Below are positions 37,569 to 47,533 of a stretch of DNA of 64,000 nucleotides, in pieces (positions within the stretch are counted from its first letter, which is position 1; each line of letters starts with the position of its first letter). The translations under genes were made by a program, and so were the position numbers. Source of the stretch: Chloroflexota bacterium (lineage in GTDB: Bacteria; Chloroflexota; UBA11872; UBA12225; JAJDUF01); NCBI GenBank assembly GCA_034422515.1, contig DAOUJP010000010.1, positions 200,123 through 264,122 of the forward strand, written 5' to 3'. Below the pieces are notes generated by a model. That model was not told where the DNA came from. It ran no database searches and saw nothing but the letters and a program-made list of their open reading frames with translations.

Positions 37569-38165
37569 ATGGTGAGCCGGAAGGATGGTTTCAGCGGGGA
37601 TTCCCAGGAGGCACATACTATAGATGATGTATATGCGAAGGTAAGGAGAGCGCTCTGTGGTTTCTTTAAATCGGATCGCGATTTGCTTGAAAAATGTGCA
37701 AACGAAAGGTCTATCACTCATAAACTAGCCGAGCATTTGCAGTGCCAGTTTAGGCATTTGAATGTGGATTGCGAATACAATAGACATGGTCTTAATGCCA
37801 AGATACTGCCTCGCTTTGCGGAGTGTATTGGTGAAGATGATTCAAGAGATAGGATGGTCTACCCGGATATTATCGTTCATCGGCGCGGAGAGGATAGATC
37901 CAACCTATTGGTGATTGAAGCTAAGAAGACTACCATGGAGGATATGGTATCGAAAAGCATGAAAAGAGGATTGAAGAGAGACAGGTGCAAATTGCGTGAA
38001 TTTACAAGAACACGCGGTTGCTACGAATACAAGTTTGGACTGTTGTTGGTATTTGACGTTGGTGAAGGTGGGAAGAAAATCTGTCGCGTCGAGTGTTTCA
38101 TCAAGGGGAAAAAGCGTAACAACACTGTCTGGGACTGTCTACGAGGCTTTCGCGGTGGTGGGTAA
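37569..38165 (+). CDS. PD-(D/E)xK-superfamily nuclease-like protein (low-GC island)
   Basis: CEYNRHG...YPDIIVHRRGEDRSNLLVIEAKK gives E...PD...(E)xK spacing; AT-rich codon usage; 198 aa. Confidence 0.55.
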   Translation: MVSRKDGFSGDSQEAHTIDDVYAKVRRALCGFFKSDRDLLEKCANERSITHKLAEHLQCQFRHLNVDCEYNRHGLNAKILPRFAECIGEDDSRDRMVYPDIIVHRRGEDRSNLLVIEAKKTTMEDMVSKSMKRGLKRDRCKLREFTRTRGCYEYKFGLLLVFDVGEGGKKICRVECFIKGKKRNNTVWDCLRGFRGGG

Positions 38166-38186
38166 TCGGGTAAGTGAGGGTGGACT

Positions 38187-38825
38187 ATGCGCCTACTGAT
38201 TGCTATATTTCTACTGCTACTTTCCTTGACTGTGCCAACTTCAAAGATTTTCGCTACGGATAGTGAACCTCGTCAGTGCGATTTTATACTTGGATTTGCT
38301 ACGCTCAAGGACTTGATTGATAGAGCAGAAGGCACAGAAAAAGTTGGCGATTGTCTTGAAGATCAACGCTTCAACCCAGAGAACGGTGATGCACTCCAAT
38401 AGACTACGGGTGGGCTATTGGTATGGCGTAAGGCTGATAACTGGACAGCATTTACGGATGGCTACCGTACCTGGATAAACGGACCGTATGGTCTACAGTC
38501 ACGTCTCAACACAGAATCATTTACTTGGGAAATGGGGGACACAGATGTACCCCTATTCAAGATGGATACAATTGAATATGATCGTTTTAACGCCTACAAG
38601 AATCATGTAGGTCAGACTGTCCGCATTATGGGCAGGGTAGCTAGAGGGGTATTGTTTGGATGGGGAAGCGATGGAGTGACACATTACTATGACAATATTG
38701 GGATAACATTTCTGGATGTAGGAGTATTTACGCCAGGGGGGGTGCTCACTATAGAGTGCCACACAACTTTATGGAAAGAGTCTCTTGTTACTATCGCAGT
38801 GATAGTGACAGGGACAAGTTTCTGA
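38187..38825 (+). pseudogene. Paralogue of the N-terminal domain of the SodC-like protein (45557-46336), interrupted by an in-frame TAG
   Basis: Signal peptide, then CDFILGFATLKDLIDRAEGTEKVGDCLEDQRFNPENGDALQ-stop-TTGGLLVWRKADNWTAFTDGYRTWING, collinear with CTFILGFKTLKGLIAAAEGPATVGECLENQRFDAHGNAAQRTAGGLMVWRKADNWTAFSDGYRTWVNQ. Both ORF segments (38187-38402 and 38418-38825) are in one frame. Confidence 0.6.
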
Positions 38826-39032
38826 CTGTGGAATATGGGGATGCCGTAGTAGTGGAAGGTGTAGTGACACCAGTAGGATCACCATCTACCAGCGTTGATC
38901 TAAGGAGATGCCGCCTTATCAGTAAAGTGGTAGGATTACCGTCTATAGAGCGTTAGTCTACGACCTGGCTCGCTCAGTGCTGATCTCGCCTGATTCTAAC
39001 GTTCAGAATCACTGCGGTCCGCTCTCCGCTGG

Positions 39033-39072
39033 GAGAGGAGGCCTGGATTCTCGCTTTCGCGGGGATGACGGG
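39033..39072. repeat. Family-E-like hairpin (GGATTCTCGCTTTCGCGGGGATGACGGGG)
   Basis: Marks the right edge of the low-GC island. Confidence 0.65.
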
Positions 39073-39091
39073 GCCGGGGCTGTTTAGGGGG

Positions 39092-40165
39092 TCAGGCGCT
39101 GGTGGTGGAGGTCCAGTCGAAGAGGACGCCGAGGTAGCGGTCCTGCTGATTGGCTAGTCCGGCGTAGGCTGCGGCGCACTGCGCCGGCGGCAGGACGTGG
39201 GTCCGCAGGGGATCAACGATCAGGCGGTCCGCGGCCATCCACTCCAGCAACTGGCGGTAGTTGCGAGTGATGGAGTGCTTCAGGCCCGGTGTGTCGGGGA
39301 TGGGGTAGAGCCACTCCAGGGCGCCGCGCAGCGTGATGCCTTGCAAGTGAATGCGGGTGAGCATCGGGGTGACGTTCATGGTGTGGTGGGCGCGGGGGCT
39401 GCCGAGCAGGATCAACTCGCCGTGGCGGCGGGTCAGCTCGACGGCCTCGGCGATCAGCTCGGAGCGTCCGATGGCTTCTACGGCGATGTCCACGCCATGA
39501 CCGGCGGTCCAATCGAGCACGGCGGCTGCGAGGTCGTCGGTCATCGGGTTGACGGTACGCGCGATGCCGCACTGGGCGGCGATGGCGCGGCGCTCGGCTA
39601 TCGGATCACTCGCCAGCACCTCGGCGCCAGCGAGTTGGAAGAGCTGCGCGGCGAAGTTGCCTACCAGTCCCAGGCCAACCACCAGTACTTTGTCGCCGGG
39701 AGAGACGTTGGCACTACGGACGGCTGTGATGGCGACGCCGGCCATCCGTACAAAGACGGCGCGCCGGTCGTCGAGGCCGAGGGCGGCGGGGACCGGTAGG
39801 CAGAAGTGGCCGGTGTCTACCTTGGCGAGGGAGGCGTGGTTGGCGAAGCTCGTGACCGTATCGCCAGCCTGTATGCCCTCGACTGCGCTGCCGACGGCGA
39901 GCACTTCGCCCAAGTGCCCATAGCCGGTAGGCCGGGGATACGGTTCCGGGCGGGAATCACCGGCCGGGCGATGCTCGCGCATGGTGGCCATCTGCTGCAC
40001 CAGGCCGGTATAGCTGGCTCCCTCCGTCCCCGGGCTGATGACACTGTATTTGCCGCGCACGAGCGCTTCGCGGGGGCCGAGCGCCGCATCGAGGGTGAAG
40101 TCCTCCAGCTCTACCTGCCGTTCGCTGGTGAAGACGACGCGCTTGCCGTGCAATTGTTTGGTCAT
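39092..40165 (-). CDS. Medium-chain dehydrogenase/reductase (zinc-type alcohol dehydrogenase-like)
   Basis: GroES-like N-domain; Rossmann motif VLVVGLGLVGNFAAQL; about 350 aa. Confidence 0.8.
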   Translation of the reverse strand: MTKQLHGKRVVFTSERQVELEDFTLDAALGPREALVRGKYSVISPGTEGASYTGLVQQMATMREHRPAGDSRPEPYPRPTGYGHLGEVLAVGSAVEGIQAGDTVTSFANHASLAKVDTGHFCLPVPAALGLDDRRAVFVRMAGVAITAVRSANVSPGDKVLVVGLGLVGNFAAQLFQLAGAEVLASDPIAERRAIAAQCGIARTVNPMTDDLAAAVLDWTAGHGVDIAVEAIGRSELIAEAVELTRRHGELILLGSPRAHHTMNVTPMLTRIHLQGITLRGALEWLYPIPDTPGLKHSITRNYRQLLEWMAADRLIVDPLRTHVLPPAQCAAAYAGLANQQDRYLGVLFDWTSTTSA

Positions 40166-40181
40166 TGATGTTGCTCCTTTG

Positions 40182-40242
40182 CCCCCCTATGGTCCCCCCG
40201 TTGCGGCGGGGGACATGGATTGCGGCTTCCGCCGCAATGACG
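40182..40242. repeat. Composite B plus E hairpin repeat
   Basis: CCCCCCTATGGTCCCCCCGTTGCGGCGGGGGAC then GGATTGCGGCTTCCGCCGCAATGACGG. Confidence 0.8.
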
Positions 40243-40294
40243 GATGGGGCCGCTGTGACGGGTGGGTGTTGTTTTCGTGCGACTGACCAGCGCG

Positions 40295-42478
40295 CTAGGC
40301 GGTGAGCTGTGCTTGGAGCGCGCTCGGATCCGTGACCGGCAGTTTACAGGTAAACCGTTGGCAGACGTAGGCGGTGGGGCTGCCGCTGATCGTTTCACGC
40401 CCGGCCAGCAGCGGCACGAGGTCGGCGGCTGCCGTGTCGTCCTCCGAGCGGAACGCCAGGACGCAGTTGGGCAGGTAGTCCTCCAGCACGAGCCGGAGGA
40501 GGCCGTCGGCCGCAGTCGTGCCGGGTGGCGCGACGATGGCTACCTCTTTGGGCGGTGCGAGGAAGAGGTCGAGGGCGCTCAACAGGCGCCCAAAGGCGCT
40601 GGGATGCTGGGCCATCGTATTGCCGAGGGCGCGGAAGAGCGCCAGCGCCGGCTCGGCGGCGTCCCAATCGCCGGTGAGCGCCGCGAGGCGGATCAGGACC
40701 TCGGCGGCTACGGAGTTGCCGGCCGGCGTGGCGTTGTCGAGCATGTCTTTGGGCCGGGCGATCAGCTCTTCGTGGTCGCTGGCGGTGTCGAAAAAGCCGC
40801 CACCGGGGCTATCGAGGAACAGCGCGTGCATGGTGTCGGTGAGTGCCTTGGCGCGGGTGATCCAGACGGGATCGAAGGTTGCCTCATACAGCGCCAGATA
40901 CCCGTCGGCGAGGTAGGCGTAGTCCTCCAGATAGCCGTTGAGCGTCGCGCGTCCTTCCTTCCAGGAGTGGAACAGCCGTACCCGGCCGGCATCGTCGGTG
41001 TGCCGTAGCTGCTCCCAGAGGAATTCGCCGTTCGCTACCGCGCGTTGGCGATAGTCGTCCCGGTCAAGCACGGCGCCGGCCTCGGCAAACGCCCGCAGCA
41101 TCAGACCGTTCCAGGAGGTCAGGACTTTCTCGTCGCGGTCGGGCTTTATCCGCTGCTCGCGCACCGCCCATAGGCGTTGACGGGCACGCGCAAGCGTCTC
41201 GCGTAGTTGCTCGACGGAAACCCCGGCCAAGTGGGCTACCACGTCTTCATCGCGGGGCACGTGGAGGATGTTCTTGCCCTCGAAATTTCCGTCGGGCGTG
41301 ACGTCGTAGTACAACTCCAAGAGCCGCGCCTCATCGCCGGTGCCGGACCCCGATCCGGTAGACGGAAGTGCCTGCCGGATTTCTTCAGGTGTCCAGACGA
41401 AGAACAGGCCCTCTTCACCCTCGCTGTCGGCGTCCTGCGTGGAGTAGAACCCGCCGGCCGGGTCGGTCATCTCGCGCTCGACGTAGGCCAGCACGTCCTC
41501 GACAACCTGCCGGTATAGCTCCTTGCCGGTGAGCTGATGGGCGTGGAGGTAGACGCAGACGAGCTGGGCGTTGTCGTAGAGCATCTTCTCGAAGTGCGGG
41601 ACGAGCCACTGCGCGTCGGTGGAGTAGCGATGGAAGCCGCCGCCGAGATGGTCGTAGATACCGCCGCGGGCCATACTCTCCAGCGTCTTCTCTACCAGCG
41701 GTAAGAGGGCGGCGTTGGCGGGGTGGTGCGAGCGGCGCAACAGGAGTTCCAGGTTCATCGGCTGGGGAAACTTGGGCGCGCTGCCGAAACCGCCGTAGCG
41801 GGTATCGAACGCGGCGCCGAGCGTCTGGGTGGCCTGGTTCAGGGTGGTAGCCGTCGGGAGGGCGGCGTCATCGTCCGGCGGGCGTACCTCCACCGCGGAC
41901 CGCCGGAGCAGGCTCGTGAGTTGCTGGGCGGTGCGGTCAACGGCGTCCCGCCGCTGGCGATAGGCGTCGGCCACGCTTTGCAGCACGCGCTGAAAGCTCG
42001 GCATTCCGTAGCGGTCAACGGGCGGGAAATAGGTGCCGCCGTAGAACGGCTCGCCATCGGGTGTCAGGAAGACGGTCATCGGCCAGCCGCCGTGCTGCGT
42101 GAGTGCCTGCACCGCCTGCATGTAGATCGAGTCGAGATCGGGGCGCTCCTCGCGGTCCACTTTGATGTTGACGAACAGGTCGTTCATTAGACGCGCCGTC
42201 GCCTCGTCCTCGAACGACTCGCGCTCCATCACGTGGCACCAATGGCAGGCGGAGTAGCCAATCGAGAGCAGGATTGGCTTATCCAACTCCCGTGCTTGCC
42301 GTAGTGCCTCCGGTCCCCAGGCGTACCAGTCCACGGGGTTGTAGGCGTGCTGCAAGAGATACGGGCTGGTCTCGTTAATCAGGCGGTTGGGCCGGTGCTG
42401 CGTGTGTGGCGGGTTGTCGGACACGGGACGCTCCCCCCTTGGGCAGTGGCTAGTAGTCAGTGGGTCGGTGCCGGGCAC
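40295..42478 (-). CDS. Thioredoxin-domain protein of the YyaL/SSP411 (DUF255) family with six-hairpin glycosidase-like domain
   Basis: [61 protein letters not shown] is the DUF255 hallmark; long alpha/alpha-toroid C-terminal region. Confidence 0.85.
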   Translation of the reverse strand: MPGTDPLTTSHCPRGERPVSDNPPHTQHRPNRLINETSPYLLQHAYNPVDWYAWGPEALRQARELDKPILLSIGYSACHWCHVMERESFEDEATARLMNDLFVNIKVDREERPDLDSIYMQAVQALTQHGGWPMTVFLTPDGEPFYGGTYFPPVDRYGMPSFQRVLQSVADAYRQRRDAVDRTAQQLTSLLRRSAVEVRPPDDDAALPTATTLNQATQTLGAAFDTRYGGFGSAPKFPQPMNLELLLRRSHHPANAALLPLVEKTLESMARGGIYDHLGGGFHRYSTDAQWLVPHFEKMLYDNAQLVCVYLHAHQLTGKELYRQVVEDVLAYVEREMTDPAGGFYSTQDADSEGEEGLFFVWTPEEIRQALPSTGSGSGTGDEARLLELYYDVTPDGNFEGKNILHVPRDEDVVAHLAGVSVEQLRETLARARQRLWAVREQRIKPDRDEKVLTSWNGLMLRAFAEAGAVLDRDDYRQRAVANGEFLWEQLRHTDDAGRVRLFHSWKEGRATLNGYLEDYAYLADGYLALYEATFDPVWITRAKALTDTMHALFLDSPGGGFFDTASDHEELIARPKDMLDNATPAGNSVAAEVLIRLAALTGDWDAAEPALALFRALGNTMAQHPSAFGRLLSALDLFLAPPKEVAIVAPPGTTAADGLLRLVLEDYLPNCVLAFRSEDDTAAADLVPLLAGRETISGSPTAYVCQRFTCKLPVTDPSALQAQLTA

Positions 42479-42493
42479 TGGTCACTGGTCACT

Positions 42494-43330
42494 CTATATG
42501 GAGCCTAGCAGGCTCCGGAGATAGGTGTACGCGCGGACGGCTTCGCGGTTGACGGTTTCAATCGTGTCTTGGCCTTCGCCGGCATCGCCGGAGGCGCGAC
42601 TGCCGCCGGCCCCCAGGGTCTCGACAATGCTGGGGCCGGCGTAGCCGTGGTCGCTGAGGATGCGGAAGATGGTCGGGAAGTCCACGTCGCCATCGCCGGG
42701 CGAGACCGTCACCGAGCCGCCCTGCCCGCCGACTTCATCCTTGATGCACATGGCAGCGACGTAGGGTGCGAAGCTCCGTAGCGCCTGGACGGGGTCCTCG
42801 CCGGCGTAGTAGAGCAAGTTACCGGGGTCGTAGCAGAGGCGGTAGCCCGGATGATTGACCCGCTGGACGGCCGCCAGGCAATCGGCGCCGGTCGTAGTGA
42901 GGCCGCCGTGTGGCTTGACGGCAATAGTGACGCCGTGCTCGGCGGCGTAGGGGGCGGCTGCACCCATGAGATCGAAGTAGCGGTCGTAGTTCTCTGGCCG
43001 ACCGTGCCCCTGCTCCAGGATGACGCGCACGTTGAAGCGAACGGCCTGGTCCACCAAGCCATGCAGGCGAGCCAAGCCCGCCTCCCGCGGCGCGTCGAGG
43101 AGGACCGTGCTTACGAGGATGGCCGGAGCGAGGCCGTGCCGCTCCAGTTGCGCGAGAACGGCAGATTCCGTCTCCGGGATGGCCGCGCCGTCGTCATTGA
43201 GCGGGGGCTGGTCGTGATTGAGGCCGAGGAAGCCGAAGTGGTCGAACCCGGCGGCGGCGATCCCGGCCAGGGTTTCATCGAAGTCGAAGGCGGCCCAGGG
43301 ACGGCTAAAGCAGCCGAGGGGAATATCCAT
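42494..43330 (-). CDS. Sugar-phosphate isomerase/epimerase (xylose-isomerase-like TIM barrel)
   Basis: AP_endonuc_2-like motifs; 278 aa TIM-barrel pattern. Confidence 0.75.
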   Translation of the reverse strand: MDIPLGCFSRPWAAFDFDETLAGIAAAGFDHFGFLGLNHDQPPLNDDGAAIPETESAVLAQLERHGLAPAILVSTVLLDAPREAGLARLHGLVDQAVRFNVRVILEQGHGRPENYDRYFDLMGAAAPYAAEHGVTIAVKPHGGLTTTGADCLAAVQRVNHPGYRLCYDPGNLLYYAGEDPVQALRSFAPYVAAMCIKDEVGGQGGSVTVSPGDGDVDFPTIFRILSDHGYAGPSIVETLGAGGSRASGDAGEGQDTIETVNREAVRAYTYLRSLLGSI

Positions 43331-43553
43331 AGTATGCTCCTTACCATCAGGGCTACACCGAACGGACTGAGGCGATGGTGCAGAGTAGCCCTGGCGTGTT
43401 ATTTCTGCCGTTGGTGTTGGGGGAGTCTAGCAGTCGTGTCCTGCGCCGGCCCCGCTATGCGGGGGGACCATAGGGGGGCCGGCGCAGCCTATGCCTGCCG
43501 CGGCGAGGTGTTAGAGTTCAGGAGCAACTATGCCAGCTATCGGGGAGGAATGG

Positions 43554-45365
43554 ATGCCGAAGACGAACGATGCGGTGGCCCAAGGGATCACCTGGGACCT
43601 CTCGGACCTGTACGGTGCGTATGACGACCCGCGGATTGCTGCCGACGTAGAGCGGCTGCGGAGTGAGGCGGCGGCGTTTGCGGACACCTATCGCGGCACG
43701 GTGGACGTGGAGGGCGGACCGGCGGCCGCGCTGCTGCTGGCGGCGGTCACGGCACTGGAGGAACTGCATGAGCGGAGCGGCCGGCTCCAGGCATATGCCG
43801 GGCTGCTGTACAGCGCGGATACCGGCCGGGACGAGCACCGCGACCTGGAGCAGCGGACGGAGCAGCAGCTGACCGAAATCCAAAACCTGGTGTTGTTCTT
43901 CGATCTGGAGTGGTCCCGCGTAGACGATGTGACCGCCCAGGCGCTCTTGGACGATCCGCAGTTGGCTACCCATCGCCACTATCTGGAACAGGTGCGGAAG
44001 TACCGGCCGCACCTGTTGAGCGAGCCGGAAGAGCAGATCGTCAACGAGAAGGACCTGACCGGTCCGCTGGCCTGGGCGAGGCTGCACACCGAGATCACGT
44101 CGTCGCTGACGTTCTCGGTGGAGCGCGATGGGACGCCGCGCGATCACACGCTCGATGAGGTGTTGGCGCTATTCCACCACCCGGACCGCGATCTGCGCCG
44201 CCGTGCCCACGACGCGCTCTATGCCATCTTACAGGAACAAGGCGCGGTGTTGACGTATGTCTACGATACGTTGATCCAAGATCACCTCAACATGGACCGG
44301 CTGCGTGACTACCCGGACGCGATGGCGCAGCGGCACCTGTCCAACGAGGTGGACCCGGCGGCCGTCGCAGCGATGATGGAGGTGACGGAGGCGAACTACG
44401 GCCTGGCACAGGCGTATTTCGAGCTAAAGCGCCGGCTCCTACAACTCCCGGAGCTGCGGCTCTACGATCAATACGCGCCGGTCGGCAACGTGGATCGTGA
44501 GTACCCGTTCAGCGATGCGCGGGAGATGGTGCTGGAGTCCTACGAGGCTTTCGATCCGCAGTTCCGGGACATTGCGCTGCGGTTCTTCGACGGGCGGTGG
44601 ATTGACGCCGACCCGCGACCGGGCAAGCGCGGCGGGGCCTTCTGCTGGTCGCCGTCGCCCCAAACGCATCCGTATGTGCTGTGCAACTACACCGGCACGT
44701 TCCGGGACGTGATGACCGTGGCCCACGAGCTTGGTCACGGGGTTCACGGCTGGCTGGCACGGGAGCAAACGCTACTCAACTATCATCCCACGCTGCCGCT
44801 GGCCGAAACGGCGTCGGTGTTCGGTGAAATCGCCGTCTTCGACCGGCTGGTGGCGTCGGAGCAAGACCCGGCGACGGCGTTGGCACTGACCTGCGCGAAG
44901 GTCGAGGACATCTTTGCCACCGTTTTCCGGCAAAACGTGCTCACCCGCTTCGAGCAATCCGCTTACGAGGCGCGCGGCGACGGCCGCCTCACGTCCGACC
45001 GCCTCTCGGACCTGTGGATTGAGGCCAACGGTAAGTATTACGGCGATGCGGTGCAGTTGACGGAGGGGTATCGCTGGGGCTGGTCGTACATTCCGCACTT
45101 CATCCACACGCGCTTCTACTGCTACGCCTACACCTTTGCAGAGCTGCTGGTGCTGGCACTGTATAGCCTGTATCGGGAGCAGGGCCGCGCGTTCGTGCCA
45201 CGCTTTCTCGATCTCCTGCGGTCGGGTGGATGCGACAGTCCGGCTGCGCTGCTGGCACCGCTCGGCGTGGACTACCGCGACCCGGCCTTCTGGGAGCACG
45301 GCTTCGCGGAGCTGCGGCGCCTCATTACCCGCGCGGAAGAGCTGGCGGACACAGCCGGGGGCTAG
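43554..45365 (+). CDS. pepF: Oligoendopeptidase F (M3B family)
   Basis: HEXXH zinc motif TVAHELGHGVH; M3B-typical length and flanking helices. Confidence 0.85.
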   Translation: MPKTNDAVAQGITWDLSDLYGAYDDPRIAADVERLRSEAAAFADTYRGTVDVEGGPAAALLLAAVTALEELHERSGRLQAYAGLLYSADTGRDEHRDLEQRTEQQLTEIQNLVLFFDLEWSRVDDVTAQALLDDPQLATHRHYLEQVRKYRPHLLSEPEEQIVNEKDLTGPLAWARLHTEITSSLTFSVERDGTPRDHTLDEVLALFHHPDRDLRRRAHDALYAILQEQGAVLTYVYDTLIQDHLNMDRLRDYPDAMAQRHLSNEVDPAAVAAMMEVTEANYGLAQAYFELKRRLLQLPELRLYDQYAPVGNVDREYPFSDAREMVLESYEAFDPQFRDIALRFFDGRWIDADPRPGKRGGAFCWSPSPQTHPYVLCNYTGTFRDVMTVAHELGHGVHGWLAREQTLLNYHPTLPLAETASVFGEIAVFDRLVASEQDPATALALTCAKVEDIFATVFRQNVLTRFEQSAYEARGDGRLTSDRLSDLWIEANGKYYGDAVQLTEGYRWGWSYIPHFIHTRFYCYAYTFAELLVLALYSLYREQGRAFVPRFLDLLRSGGCDSPAALLAPLGVDYRDPAFWEHGFAELRRLITRAEELADTAGG

Positions 45366-45375
45366 GGGCAAGCTC

Positions 45376-45515
45376 CAAGCCCCCCTATGGTCCCCCCGCT
45401 GCGAGCGGCCCTGGGCGAGTATGAAGCGGGGGGACGGCAGCACGGCCACCGCGGCTGCCACCAGCTGTCAGGTTCCCTCCCCCGTCCCGTCGGGGGAGGG
45501 TGAGGGTGGGGGCCA
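45376..45515. repeat. Repeat cluster B plus C
   Basis: CCCCCCTATGGTCCCCCCGCTGCGAGCGG..., then CCCTCCCCCGTCCCGTCGGGGGAGGGTGAGGGTGGGGGCC. Confidence 0.8.
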
Positions 45516-45556
45516 GTAGTTCCCGCTCCCCCCTGGGAGAGCAGGAGCGCTACTTG

Positions 45557-46336
45557 CTATCCAATGGGGTTGCGTTGGATCACGCCGCAGGCAACACGGG
45601 CACCGGCGCCAGGGTCCGCACCGTAGGTGTCGGGCTTCTCGTGGACGATGATCGCGGAGCCGTCGGCGTCGAAGATCGAATGGGCGGCGTCCGTCTCCAG
45701 CGTCACGGCAGCGGTGAATATATCGGCGCGGGCCGTTCCGTCGGCTGCAGCGTAGACATTCGGCGTGTCACCGGCGTGGACCCCGCCTTCATCCAGGAAG
45801 CCGTGCCCGGTGCCGCCGGGGTTGAAGTGCCCACCGGCTGCTGCGAAGCTCGGTGAGCAGGTGCCGAACTCGTGGATGTGGAAGCCGTGCCCGCCGGGCG
45901 TCAATCCCATCAAGTCTGCTGCGATCAGGACGCCGAATGGTCCTTGCGTCAGCGTGACCGTGCCCATCGCGGTGCCGTCCGGCCCGGCCAGCATTGCTGC
46001 GGCGCCATTGATGTGGACTGCCAATCCGTCTTCCCCTTGATTGACCCACGTGCGGTAGCCGTCAGAGAACGCCGTCCAGTTGTCAGCCTTGCGCCAGACC
46101 ATCAGTCCGCCGGCTGTGCGCTGCGCGGCGTTGCCGTGGGCATCGAACCGCTGATTCTCCAGACACTCGCCGACGGTCGCCGGCCCTTCCGCCGCAGCAA
46201 TCAGGCCTTTGAGCGTCTTGAAGCCCAAAATGAACGTGCAGTCAGCCGCCGTTGGCTGACCGGCCAGCACCGGCGAGGCTGCGATTGCCGTGCCAATGAG
46301 GACGATGACGGCAAACCAGGGTAGTCGGTAGCGCAT
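45557..46336 (-). CDS. sodC: Secreted Cu/Zn superoxide dismutase with an approximately 90-aa N-terminal extension domain
   Basis: Signal peptide; C-terminal SodC motifs GFHIHEFGTC, AGGHFNP, HAGDTPN, ACGVI; N-terminal CTFILGF...VWRKADNW domain shared with pseudogene 38187-38825. Confidence 0.85.
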   Translation of the reverse strand: MRYRLPWFAVIVLIGTAIAASPVLAGQPTAADCTFILGFKTLKGLIAAAEGPATVGECLENQRFDAHGNAAQRTAGGLMVWRKADNWTAFSDGYRTWVNQGEDGLAVHINGAAAMLAGPDGTAMGTVTLTQGPFGVLIAADLMGLTPGGHGFHIHEFGTCSPSFAAAGGHFNPGGTGHGFLDEGGVHAGDTPNVYAAADGTARADIFTAAVTLETDAAHSIFDADGSAIIVHEKPDTYGADPGAGARVACGVIQRNPIG

Positions 46337-46583
46337 AGTACATCTCCTTGTGGTGAACGTTGGCCCGAGTATGTCGGACCCTCAACGTGATCCGCAAAGG
46401 GACACGGAATCCGCACCTCGGCAGGGTTCGCGCTTGCCGAATGCGGCGTGTGTGCGTTCGGGTACTACTCGGATGAGGAAGTGTATCGGATATTCATAAC
46501 AGGCTGCAAGCAGCAGGGGTACTAGGCGCGGCCGCGGCTGGTGGTCAGGTTCCGGTCGGATACCGGGGAGGGCGAGAGGGCTG

Positions 46584-46592
46584 TGATATAAT
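46584..46592 (+). promoter_or_regulatory. Extended -10 element (TGaTATAAT) about 17 nt upstream of the metallophosphoesterase ATG
   Basis: ctgTGaTATAATcgcgctctgagcgccaATG; implies a very short (about 9 nt) 5' UTR. Confidence 0.45.
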
Positions 46593-46608
46593 CGCGCTCT
46601 GAGCGCCA

Positions 46609-47349
46609 ATGCTGATTGCAATTCTCTCGGACATCCACGGGAACTTGGAGGCCCTCGATGAGGTGCTGCGCGACATGGGGACCGTGGATGCGATCTGGTG
46701 TCTGGGTGACCTCGTAGGATATGGGCCGGACCCGGCGGCCTGTATCCGGCGGGCACGCGAGGGCAAGTTCAGCTGCATCGCCGGCAACCACGACCTCGCG
46801 GCCGGCGGGAAGATGGACTCTTCCGAGGCGTTCAACAGCGAGGCCGATATGGCCGTGCAGTGGACGGCGCAGCAGCTCAACATGGCGGACCGGGCGTTCC
46901 TGGCCAGCCTGCCGACTGAGGAGCAGCACGGGGACTTTACCCTGGTGCATGGCAGTCCCCTGGACCCGGTCTGGGAGTATCTGACCAACGTGCGGCTGGC
47001 GCAGTTGAACTTCGATTACTTTGCGAGCCGCTATTGCCTGGTGGGGCACACCCACGTACCGCTGATTTTCCGGCAACCTTCGCCCGAGGCCCGCGCTCAG
47101 ACCTACGAGACCATCGTGCCGCAGCCCGATGAGCCGTTGTGTCTCGACGACCGGCGGCTGATTATCAACCCCGGGGCCGTGGGTCAGCCCCGCGACGGCC
47201 ATCCCGAGGCCGCCTACATGCTCCTCGATATGGATGTTGCCACTATCACCTTGCGGCGGGTGCCCTACCCGGTAGAGCGCGTGCAGCAGAAGATGCTGCA
47301 GGCCGGATTGCCGGAGCGGCTGGCTCGCCGGCTCGCCTACGGCTGGTAG
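46609..47349 (+). CDS. Metallophosphoesterase (calcineurin-like, YfcE/MJ0936-type)
   Basis: LSDIHGN, GDLVGYGPDP, GNHD, GHTH motifs. Confidence 0.9.
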   Translation: MLIAILSDIHGNLEALDEVLRDMGTVDAIWCLGDLVGYGPDPAACIRRAREGKFSCIAGNHDLAAGGKMDSSEAFNSEADMAVQWTAQQLNMADRAFLASLPTEEQHGDFTLVHGSPLDPVWEYLTNVRLAQLNFDYFASRYCLVGHTHVPLIFRQPSPEARAQTYETIVPQPDEPLCLDDRRLIINPGAVGQPRDGHPEAAYMLLDMDVATITLRRVPYPVERVQQKMLQAGLPERLARRLAYGW

Positions 47350-47533
47350 CGGGCCACCCTTGCTAGGGCGTCTCTGCCAAGTACCAGTCGGCCGGGTGCC
47401 TCCAAGTGGTGTGTGGCCTTCCTCCGGTCTCTCGCTCCGTAAGGGGACATGGATTCCGACCGGCGCGGGAGGCGTCGCGGCGGTGGGCTGTGACGATCTG
47501 CGTCCGCGCGTCATCTACATGGGGTGAGGGACG

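Noticed and set aside
38756-38956. 66-aa ORF at the end of the low-GC island
   Set aside because: It overlaps the 3' end of the interrupted gene in another frame and has no SD or motif; it is probably spurious.
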